From Octopus vulgaris (Eukaryota): a stretch of DNA of 64,000 nt. The notes below the pieces were generated by a model. That model was not told the DNA's origin. It saw nothing but the letters and a program-made list of their open reading frames with translations, and made no database searches. Below, piece after piece: positions 50,960-61,196 of this stretch. The translations under genes and the position numbers were made by a program. Numbering within the stretch: the stretch's first letter is position 1; the number at the start of each line of letters is the position of its first letter. The DNA is taken from contig OX597825.1 in assembly GCA_951406725.2 (NCBI GenBank), positions 86,242,001-86,306,000 of the forward strand, read 5' to 3'.

Positions 50960-51275
50960 AGTCACTCAGTAAGAGACAATCTCAGTTGGTGTGCCCACAT
51001 CAACAATAAGGTCGATATAGCTTGTAGGATGAGCTCCTGGATCTTATGAACAAGGTGTCATCATTCCACTTTTCTCCTCCTTTGTACGGCCACACCTCGA
51101 ATACTGCTGCCCCTTGTGGTCTCCCCATACAAAACAAAACATCTCGAGGATTGAATCACCCCAGATGGCACTCACTAAACGAATTGAAAGCATGACTGAT
51201 CTCGATTACTGGGACCGCCTTAAAGCCTTGAAACTCTACTCTCTCCAGCACCGCCGCGAGCGGTACATCATTTGT
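50960..51275 (+). mobile_element. CR1/L2-group LINE RT C-terminal fragment in the ZNF A intron
   Basis: FVRPHLEYCCPLWSPHTKQNISRIE..KRIESMTDLDYWDRLKALKLYSLQHRRERY. Confidence 0.8.
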
Positions 51276-51874
51276 ACATTTTATGTTTTTTGTATGTTTT
51301 TTCTTTTATATTTTTTCTTTTCTTTTCTTTTTTTCCAGGTTTTCTGGTGAAATCAAGTCAAGAACTTCTGCTCCAAGATTCTTTAAACAAATATGAAATT
51401 TTAAGAACTAAAGAAGGACATTATCAAGAATGATTTTGGCAATATTTCTATAACTCTTGTTCAATTACTGGAAAATATTTGGTTTACAATTAAGAGCAAT
51501 TGTTTAATTGATTGGAAATATATTGGCTGGGTGGTGGTGGTGGTGGATAAAACTGGAGAAATTTAACATTACACATTAATTCTAATTTTGTAGTGTTTGA
51601 GTTCTGTATTTGAAATATTGGTAAGAAAGGAATTATAACAGATACGCAGTGTGGGTGTATGAAGGCCCAGATTTAAAGATTTCCTTTTGATAACGCTGGT
51701 AAAGCATTTACACAAAATAGTAACATCACTGAAAACAAATGACTTCACAGAAGTTCTCTGTTTAATTCTCTTTGATATTCTTAGGAAAAAGTTCATGGTT
51801 AAAGTTCTTTGTTCCTGTATAAATAACTTCACACTTGTAACCATTCACAGTACAGTGTTACCTGTGGTAAAACA

Positions 51875-52765
51875 ATGTTAGGGAAAGACAATAGGCTTGT
51901 GAATAGATTTCGTCCTACAGGTGATAAAACTTACTGCTGTGATATTTGTGATAAACCATTCTCACAGAAAGGCAGTTTGCTTCTGCATAAATGTATTCAT
52001 ACAGGTGAGAAGCCCTACCAATGTAACACCTGTGGCAAAACATTCACCCAGAAGGGAAGTATGTTTGTACATAAACGGATTCATACAGGTGAGAAGCCCT
52101 ATTATTGTGATACCTGTGGCAAAACATTCACCCAAAAAGGTAGTATGATTATGCATAAACGTATTCATACAGGTGAGAAGCCGTATCACTGTGACACCTG
52201 TGGTAAAACGTTCACCCAGAAGGGAAGTATGCGTGCACATAAACATATTCATATGAACAAAAAATCCCATCTTTGTAATATCTGTGGTAAAAAATTCTTG
52301 AATGAAAACGGCGTCCTTATCCATCACCTTATTCACACAGGTGAGAAACCTTTCCACTGTGACATTTGTGGGGAATCTTTCACTCAGTCTAGTAATTTAA
52401 CTAAACACAAACGTATTCATACAGGTGAAAAACCTTACTTTTGTAATGTCTGTGGTGAAGCTTTTTCACAAGCGAATCATTTGTCTAAGCATCGGCGAAT
52501 TCATACTGGGGAAAAACCCTACCATTGTGACCTGTGTGGTAAAACATTCGCTCAGAAAGGTGGGATGCTTCAGCATAAACGCATCCATACAGGTGAGAAG
52601 CCTTATGAATGTGATGTCTGTGGGGAAGCTTTCACACAGATTAGTAACTTAACGAAACACATACGTATTCACACAGGTGAAAAACCTTACCCATGTGATA
52701 TTTGTGGTGTCGCATTCACCCAGTCTTGTAATTTAACTTCTCACAGACGTGTCCACACAGGTTAA
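51875..52765 (+). CDS. Tandem C2H2 zinc-finger protein A (10 intact fingers, no effector domain)
   Basis: 296-aa ORF with ten CxxC-x12-HxxxH fingers, mostly joined by TGEKP linkers; single coding exon. Confidence 0.9.
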   Translation: MLGKDNRLVNRFRPTGDKTYCCDICDKPFSQKGSLLLHKCIHTGEKPYQCNTCGKTFTQKGSMFVHKRIHTGEKPYYCDTCGKTFTQKGSMIMHKRIHTGEKPYHCDTCGKTFTQKGSMRAHKHIHMNKKSHLCNICGKKFLNENGVLIHHLIHTGEKPFHCDICGESFTQSSNLTKHKRIHTGEKPYFCNVCGEAFSQANHLSKHRRIHTGEKPYHCDLCGKTFAQKGGMLQHKRIHTGEKPYECDVCGEAFTQISNLTKHIRIHTGEKPYPCDICGVAFTQSCNLTSHRRVHTG

Positions 52766-53056
52766 AAACCATAACTCTGTAATATGGGAACTCCAACTAA
52801 CAAAGATATCGACATTAATCCTTTTTAATACTAACACATGGTTCTGGTTCTATGATACTAACTTTTGGTTTTTAATTGATTCAAATTAAAAACCTTCCAT
52901 TCGTTCCAAGCACCAGCTTAATTATGAGTTGTTTTACTGAATTCTTCCTTATTATGAAACAAAAGCAGTGAGCTTCAGCAGAAATATGGTAACCAAAAGA
53001 TTAATCAGGCACCGCAGTGCTGAGATATGATCTGCATTAAACCGTAAAAAATTAGA

Positions 53057-53095
<39 letters not shown>

Positions 53096-53245
53096 TATAA
53101 CAATTAACCTTTCTTGTCCTCAGAAACACTGCAGGAATCTTGTTAAAAACCCTTAATCTCATCTGATGTCTGAAACAGACAAACAAAACATATTTTCATT
53201 ATTATTTACATTTGACGGGTATTTGTCCTCATCTTGTTTGTTGTT

Positions 53246-53291
53246 AACACAACGTTTCAGCTGATATACCCTCCTGCCTTCATCAGGTGTC
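53246..53291 (-). ncRNA. Minimal type I hammerhead ribozyme motif (inverted copy)
   Basis: Reverse complement reads GACAC-CUGAUGA-A-GGCAG(gagggUAUAU)CAGCU-GAAA-C-GUU-GUGUU. Confidence 0.62.
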
Positions 53292-53486
53292 TTGGGGAAA
53301 TTTCGAACCTGGGTTCTCGTTCCTAAGGTATTTTTCAATGTTATTATTATGGCATAGTGGTTAAGAGCACTGGCTACTAACTCCAAGATTCCGAGTTCGA
53401 TTCCAGTCAGTGACCTGAATAATAATAATAATAATAATATCGAGAAATATCTTAGGAATGAGAACCCATGTTCAAAATTTCCCCAA

Positions 53487-53532
53487 GACACCTGATGAAG
53501 GCTGGAGGGTATATCAGATGAAACGTTGTGTT
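53487..53532 (+). ncRNA. Minimal type I hammerhead ribozyme motif
   Basis: GACAC-CUGAUGA-A-GGCUG(gagggUAUAU)CAGAU-GAAA-C-GUU-GUGUU: stem I GACAC/GUGUU, conserved core boxes, palindromic AACGUU helix III. Confidence 0.65.
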
Positions 53533-54616
53533 AACAACAAACAAGATGAGGACAAATATCTGTCGAATGTAAATAATGTACATAATTCCTCATCTCTTAA
53601 ATATAGAGGTGTAAAACATATTTTCTTTTAAAAAACAACAAAGATGATTGCTTGACTGGGCATCCAAATTGTGTATGAGAATGCCACTAGGTTCAGTCAA
53701 CACAGATACTTCCTATCCAACGTACACCGTCCATCTAGAATAGCTTCCTTCTGCACCAACACAATTGAACTTGTGTCATCTGCAACAGTTACATGTTATT
53801 CAAACAGCCTTGAAACCTCACTTTTCTTACTTCTGAACATGAGACGGTGTTTCTCTACACAGACACTCTAAACTACATCATCAACAAAGTTCATTAGCTA
53901 ATTAACAGATCTACTCTCCCCCCCCTCCCCACTACCACCACAAAGCTGCCACTTTTACTGCTACCACCAAAACCTCTGAACTAACAAACCATTTACCACC
54001 TTTGCTCAAGACCATACGATTCTTTTTTGAGGCTGACTTGGAGACAGTGTGCCACCAGGATGGACAAAGTAGACAATACCAACCAAAATTAAAACTGTAA
54101 ATATTAAATCTAAAAGTCAGTGATTTTCCGATTTATTATAAGAAAGCTAATCCAGTGTAACTGCTTTGTTATGACAAGCAGAAAATCTGCTGCCCTTTAA
54201 CTGCAGTAACATGTTATAAAGGCTCTGGTTTGAGCTGCTTGGGACATGAAATAGAGCTGAAAGGGAGTCGAATAAAACTGTCAGTGTTCAGTGTCATTAC
54301 AGAATCAAAATGTGTCTGTGTTTATGTTTGTCTCTTTGTCTTGATGCTGTGTGGTGTTTGCAAACGAGCATCCTTCCTTTTTCAGTCCTCATGAAAACAT
54401 GTCTCATCTTGAGGAAATGTTATCTTGCTTGGAAATATGTGAGCTTAGCAACAGGAAGGACAAGCTGCCTCAACAAATTCACATGCAAGCATGGACAATG
54501 ATGGTGATGACCTGTTTCTTTTTATGTATATGTGTATATATATAGATATGTATGTATGTATGTATGTATTGTTACAGCCCACTCAACATTTTAAATTTGT
54601 ATCTACATCAATTATA

Positions 54617-54743
54617 TCGGGTGTCCACAAAGTCTGGGTACATGGAATAAATAAAATCATAACATAAGCAATTAAATATAAGAAATAGTAATTTCTTAAA
54701 GCATGTGTTAATCCCCATCTACCCAGACTTTGTGGACACCCTG
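54617..54743. mobile_element. Tc1/mariner-type MITE
   Basis: TIRs GGGTGTCCACAAAGTCTGGGTA / TACCCAGACTTTGTGGACACCC, flanked by TA. Confidence 0.75.
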
Positions 54744-55916
54744 TATATTTACAAATAAGGATATATATGTAAATATTTTTTGTTGTTTTCAGTATTTTTA
54801 CATCTTTGTCTCATAACCACAATCAGTTCTCCAAAGTTTGCAATTCTCAGGAATTCTCTCTCTAATCCCTTCCTTCCTACAAACATCAACCTTAAAATGT
54901 TTAAATTCACCATCCCCTACATCAACATCACTTGTTTGAATGGACCTACAAATGACGAAACCATTCAGCTGTCTCGTTTCTATAAAATTACAAAAATTAA
55001 TCAACACGGAAGAGCTATAGAGGCCGGAGAGAAACCAACGAATTGATATCTATTTCTATGTTTAAGAGTAACGTGTGTGTGTGTGTGTGTGTGTGTGAAA
55101 TATAGATTCAGGAAGCAGCTGGGCATGGAAGATACTTGGGTGCATTGGAGAGGCAACTGGGTATGTTAGATACCCGAGGCATTGCCACCCGAATATTCGA
55201 CCAGCTCAGAATATTCCACCAGAACAATTATCACCTTGACAAAGTACAGGATGATTCATTAAGGATTTTATTGACGAGAGCATTCAGCTGTCTTGTTCTA
55301 TTAAATTACAAAAGTTCGAGGTTTCACCAGGTATATGCTTCATTCAAATTATTTGTATCATACAGCTGCTGGAACTTCGAAGTCACTATCAATAATGTTG
55401 TTATACATATCTAACTCAACGCTTGTATTCAGTTCTTTATTAGGTTCATAGTTTAAAACACTAACTTTTATTCAGTGTGTGTGTGTGTTCGCCTGGTGAA
55501 TATCAGTGAAGGATAATTAACAGCGACGACAAAACCGGATAAGCGTGCTTTTCAAAGCCCATTGCGATATTTGTTCAGCACCGAGTTAGAGACAATCCCT
55601 TTCAGTGCAGTTGTGAGAAAATGCTGCAAACCGGTGATTAGCTGCAGGAAAACTGTAATTAACGAAACTATTGATCATTAAATAAATAAATAAATAAGTT
55701 AATAAAAGTAAAAAAATATTTATTTCGAATCGGAGAGTGACGAATATATTATGTTAATAATTAAAGAGTTCTACTTCCGTTTCGATAAGACTTCTAGTTC
55801 CGGTTCAAATGTCATCGATCGTCGTTTGTATTTTTGAATTAAGGAAATCAATTAATTTTAGATTCATTAAAACCTAATTAAGGAGAGATGCCTGTCTATT
55901 TATGGCTGTAATAATG

Positions 55917-56228
55917 ATGATAATTAATATTGAGATGCGTTGATGTAAGGAAGGTTGAGAGAGATGGTCATGGATGGAGATTCCCGTTAATTGCAGTGTC
56001 TAAGTCTACCAAAACCCGTTTCCTTCTTGTTCCTGCGTAAATCTTGTTGTTTAGCAAAAGAGAGTTTGGTCAATGTTGGAACTGTGTCGAATAGAAACAA
56101 CAGACATGGCATTGGGCCTTAATTGAGATAATTAATGGACCTTAATTGTGACGGGTCTGACCCTTTCCGTGGGGCACCGCCCCCTCCTCCTCTTCTGATA
56201 TTATTCGAATTGGTTCCACATTGTTTAT
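55917..56228 (+). other. Putative non-coding first exon of ZNF gene B
   Basis: Paralogous to 49002-49313 with the same donor TAT|gtaagt; acceptor tttcag| before 56976. Confidence 0.55.
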
Positions 56229-56664
56229 GTAAGTACCATTCCATCTTTTATTTCTGTTGGATCCATCTCTTTACATTATGTTAGATTGATGTCTGTGGAA
56301 ATGGACGGACAAACATCTCCGCTTTTACCTCGATATTCTCACATCTTTGTCGTTGTTTTGTCAAAAGTTTGAAATAAATATCGATTATCGATTAATCACC
56401 GAAAATTCCCTTTTATTCTGGAGTCGTGAGTTTTAGGATTGCAAACGTAAGTTTTTTTCCTAGTTTAATCATTTAGACTTGTCATTTTATAAGATTTTCC
56501 TGGCAATTTTTAAATTAAAATAAACATTTGTCGTAAAACAAAAGTAAAAAAATATTATTTATTTTTTTTACCGTTATTAACTTTAATTATTTCTATGTAA
56601 ACAAAATCTCGTCTTTTATATCCTCAACTCAAATTTCCTGCTATTCACACACACACACATATAT

Positions 56665-56704
<40 letters not shown>

Positions 56705-57528
56705 GCACACACACGTATTCTGTCCTAAACCTCAAATATTTTATAATCTTTTAACTATTATGATACTTTTAATTAAAATTATAAAACTCATTAGTCGTGA
56801 GGCAAAATTCCAAAATATCCCCGCACGCGCCGCTTTAACGTCTTTTCTCTAATTTCTTAGGATTTCTATGTTTTTGCAAATGAGATTTTGTTAAAAAAAA
56901 ATTCCCACGTTTCAATTTTTCTTACCTCCGCATTTTTGTTCCATCTCTTAATACTTTTATTGTTTTTTATTTCAGGTAAAGTTGAGTCAAGAACTTCTGC
57001 TCCAAGATTCTTTAAACAAATATGAAATTTTAAGAACTAAAGAAGGACATTATCAAGAATGATTTTGGCAATATTTCTGTAACTCTTGTTCAATTACTGG
57101 AAAATATTTGGTTTACAATTAAGAGCAATTGTTTAATTGATTGGAAATATATTGGCTGGGTGGTGGTGGTGGTGGTTAAAACTGGAGAAATTTAACATTA
57201 CACTTTAATTCTAATTTTGTAGTGTTTGAGTTCTGTATTTGAAATATTGGTAAGAAAGGAATTATAACTGATCCGCAGTGTGGGTGTGTGTGTGAAGGCC
57301 CAGATTTAAAGATTTCCTTTTGATAACGCTGGTAAAGCATTTACACAAAATAGTAACATCACTGAAAACAAATGACTTCACAGAAGTTCTCTGTTTAATT
57401 CTCTTTGATATTCTTAGCTAAAAGTTCATGGTTAAAGTTTTTTATCTGCCCTTAAAAGTATTCATACAGGTGAGGAAGCTTACCTCTGTGATATCTGTGG
57501 TAAAGCCCTCTCACAGAAGAGCAGCACT

Positions 57529-58485
57529 ATGCTTGTCCATAAACGTATTCATAAAGATGACCAGCCATATAATCCTGATGTCTGTGATAAACCAATTCCT
57601 CGTGACACTAGTTTAAGTAATGACAGAGTTGTTAACATTAGTAAGAAATTATATCACTGTGATATTTGTGGTAAAGCATTTTCGCACAAAGGTACAATGA
57701 ATGTGCATAAACGTATCCACACAGGTGAAAGACCCTACCACTGTGATATCTGTGGTAAAGCATTCCCTCAGGGTTGTAATTTAACTGAGCACAAACGTGT
57801 TCACACCGGGGAAAAGCCATACCAATGTGATATCTGTGGCAAAACATTTTCTAGTAAAAGTGGTATGGTGGTTCATAAACGGGTCCATACAGGTGAGAAA
57901 CCATTCCATTGTGATACCTGTGGAGAAGCTTTCTCTCAGATTGGGAATTTAAAGAAGCACAAACGTATTCATAGCGGTGAAAAATCATACCATTGTGATA
58001 TTTGTGGTAAAACCTTTTCATACAAAGGTGGTATGCTTGCGCACAAACGTACTCATACAGGTGAAAAACCTTACCCCTGCGATATCTGTGGTAAATCATT
58101 CTCCCATAAAAGCAGCATGCTTGTGCACAAACGTATTCATACAGGTGAGAAGCCTTACCATTGCAATATCTGTGGTAAGAAATTCTTACACAAAACTGGA
58201 ATCCGTGTCCATAAACGTATTCACACAGGTGAAAAGCCTTATCAATGTGAGGTTTGTGGTGAAGCTTTCCTTCAGAATTGTTATTTAACTGAGCACAGAC
58301 GTGTTCATACAGGAGAAAAACCATTCCAATGTGATATCTGTGGTAAGAAATTTTCAAGTAAAAGTGCTATGCTTATCCATAAACGGGTTCATACAGGTGA
58401 GAAACCTTTTCATTGTGATACCTGTGGGCAAGCTTTCTCACAGACCGGAAACTTAAAGAAGCACAAACGTATTCACAAGAAATAG
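57529..58485 (+). CDS. Tandem C2H2 zinc-finger protein B (10 intact fingers, no effector domain)
   Basis: 318-aa ORF with ten intact fingers after a half finger and a degenerate finger; start codon uncertain. Confidence 0.88.
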   Translation: MLVHKRIHKDDQPYNPDVCDKPIPRDTSLSNDRVVNISKKLYHCDICGKAFSHKGTMNVHKRIHTGERPYHCDICGKAFPQGCNLTEHKRVHTGEKPYQCDICGKTFSSKSGMVVHKRVHTGEKPFHCDTCGEAFSQIGNLKKHKRIHSGEKSYHCDICGKTFSYKGGMLAHKRTHTGEKPYPCDICGKSFSHKSSMLVHKRIHTGEKPYHCNICGKKFLHKTGIRVHKRIHTGEKPYQCEVCGEAFLQNCYLTEHRRVHTGEKPFQCDICGKKFSSKSAMLIHKRVHTGEKPFHCDTCGQAFSQTGNLKKHKRIHKK

Positions 58486-59554
58486 TAATTCTGTACCACA
58501 GAAATTTCATATCATACCCGTATGTCCTTCTCACTAATTGTGGCACTGAGATATAATCTGTCTTAAAGTTTGTCTGAATGAAATCTTGTGGCTGGTCACA
58601 AACACAGATCCACATAATAAAAAAAAAAATTGAAATTTATAGTTTTTTTATTACATTTTTAATTTTTGTAATAAAATTCACAGAAATGTAATCTCCCATA
58701 CCAGACTGAACATTGACCATCATAACAAACACCTCAAGAAATATCTTCCAATCTAGACACAAAACCCAAGTGACAATCACTAACAACCATAACCAGTTAT
58801 TTTCCCAAGATTTCCAACTTTTGGGAATTTCTTCTCCAGTCACTTTTTCCCCACAAACATTTCTTGTGTGGATCAACCTACAAAAGACAGGAACATTTAC
58901 CTGTTGTCTCTCATAAAATTAGAAAAACACAAAAGTCAGAATAGTGTAGACCTATCCAACCCATACCAGTCTGGACAAACAGACATTACAATGATGATGA
59001 TGATGGTGTGGACTGCATTGGTTGATAAATTAGCAAATCTATCAGAGAAGGTATCAGCTGTGTTAATTGTAATTAGTTGTAGGACTAAACCCCAGCTGTT
59101 GCTGTTGTTGGTACAACTTTACAGCTGAGTAGACTGGTGCAATGTGAAATGAAGTGACTTGCTCGAAGACACATCACTGTGGTACCTGATCCTAGAATTG
59201 AACCTACCTGAGAAATTTTGGAGTCAGCTAAATCTGAGTATTTCGAACCGTATATGTGGGTTTTGTGAGTCATGATGTGATTCTTTGAGTCTTTGTGAAA
59301 TTCGCTTCTCACTCAGGTTTTATTGCCCAACAAGCAGAAGAACAAAAGTTGATGGAATGGCATCTCCTCTCTAGTTTCTCTTTGAATTTACAACAATGGA
59401 AACACATCCCTGTCCTGTTTCATCCGGATAGACATTACCGTTTACAAAAACGGACCTTTCAATGCAGTTCCTTCATTGTTCTTTGAGTTTTTATATTTTC
59501 CATTCTGTCTGCTGGAATTGCAAAACAATTACAGGATTCCTATAATATAGATGC

Positions 59555-59915
59555 AGGTGTAAGAAGTTTGCTTCCCAACCACATGGTTCCAGGTTCAGTC
59601 CTACTGCATGGCACCTTGGGCAAATGTCTTCTAATGTAGCTTCAGGCCAACCAAAGCCTTGTGAGTGGATTTGGAAGACGGAAAATGAAAGAAGCCTGTC
59701 ATATATATACGTATCCTTATTTGTCCCCACCACCGCTTGTCAACTGGTGCTTGAGTATTTATGTCCTTGTGACTTAGCAATTTGGCAAAAGAGATTAATA
59801 CAATAAGTACTAAGGTTAAAAAAAAATGTAGTACTGAGGTTGATTCCTTCAACTAAAATCCTTCAAGGCATTGCCCCAGCATGGCCACACTCGAATGACT
59901 GAAACAAGTAAAAGA
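59555..59915 (+). mobile_element. SINE family 2 copy
   Basis: Alignable by eye with 2418-2815. Confidence 0.75.
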
Positions 59916-61196
59916 AGACAAAGAATATAGATTTCTCAAGAAATATGGTTTTGGAATGTTGAAATTTATGAAAATTATGTCCGACTTTGGTATTTCTTAT
60001 TTGGCAGACTCTAAGACATACATGTCATTATTGAGGAAACAGTACTGAAGTTCATTTCCTCGTTGACCATGGCATATTAGATGTACTAATGACCTGGTCT
60101 TTATTATGTGTGTGTGTGTGTATCTTTTGCTGATGCATGAATTCATTGACCATTCAATGTGTGAATGATGTCGGGTAGAAAAGTATTGTCTAAGAGGCAG
60201 AGAAGAGCTGGGGAAATTGTGAAGCAAAATGCTTAGGTCAAAGATACTAGGATACAGCCCTGACATGTGTAGAAATAGGTACGTCTTTTTCCTAACATGA
60301 CCATCATAGCAAAATGGATTAGATGATGATGATGATGGTGGTGAGGAGGAGTTAGAGGAGAGCTGGAATTGACAGGTCTCAGAGTAAACTTAACAAAAAC
60401 TAATGTTTAAGTGAGTAAGAAAGAAGACGGAAATGGCCAGGTTGATGTTGAGGAAAAGACGAGGTAGAAATTCCATACAGTGTAAACTATGGATGCTGAA
60501 TAATTTCATTAGAATCACACACAGAGAAAGAAAACTTCAATAGACATGGCTGATAAACAATAGCAATGAGTATAGAGAATATATTATTTATCTGGTAACA
60601 GGAAGAGCATCCAGCCATAGAAACCGTACCGAAATTGGAATATATCAGCAAGAAGTGGTTCCTTGGACCAACAAGGACAGCAGTAACACCAAATAAGTGC
60701 TTATCACTTTCATTAAACGATGATGATGACGATCAAGAATATTAATGTGATAATATTTTAGATTAAAATATTTAATGTCTAATTTTCTGGACAACATGCT
60801 ATTCTTCATGTACAAATTACCACAAAAAATATTTTTTTCATAGTCACAAGGCAAAAACGGATTGAGATAATTCTTAAATGATTTTCAACCTCACCTCAAA
60901 CATCAGGATTTCTATCATTTGGGCTAAAACTGTTCAAAGATATTTCACTGTTAAAATACATCTAATACTAGTTTAGAGAAACTTTTAACAACTTCAAAGA
61001 ATGAAGGTAAGGCCCACCGATAATAGACATACACCTTGCACTAAGTCTAATGCCATGAGGAATACACCTGGAGATAGAACTGACACCAGGAGATAAGACC
61101 ACAACCATCACTAGCAATACACATGGTGAAAAGGCAAAAATCACTAGCAATACAGCAGAGGATAAGGCAACCATTGCTAGGAATACAGCAGGATAT

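Larger units (their letters stand above)
53198..53612 (+). mobile_element. Non-autonomous Penelope-like/tRNA-headed element with inverted arms and hammerhead motifs
   Basis: 13-bp direct repeat AAAACATATTTTC at 53185-53197 and 53613-53625; inverted arms at 53201-53350 and ~53418-53577; central tRNA-like segment at 53350-53415. Confidence 0.75.

Noticed and set aside
53350-53415. Possible functional tRNA gene
   Set aside because: A and B boxes are present, but there is no complete acceptor stem and the anticodon stem pairs poorly; treated as a tRNA-derived head.
51921-58357. Overlapping alternative-frame and antisense ORFs (e.g. 57851-58357, 51962-52357)
   Set aside because: Shadows of the periodic zinc-finger coding sequence.
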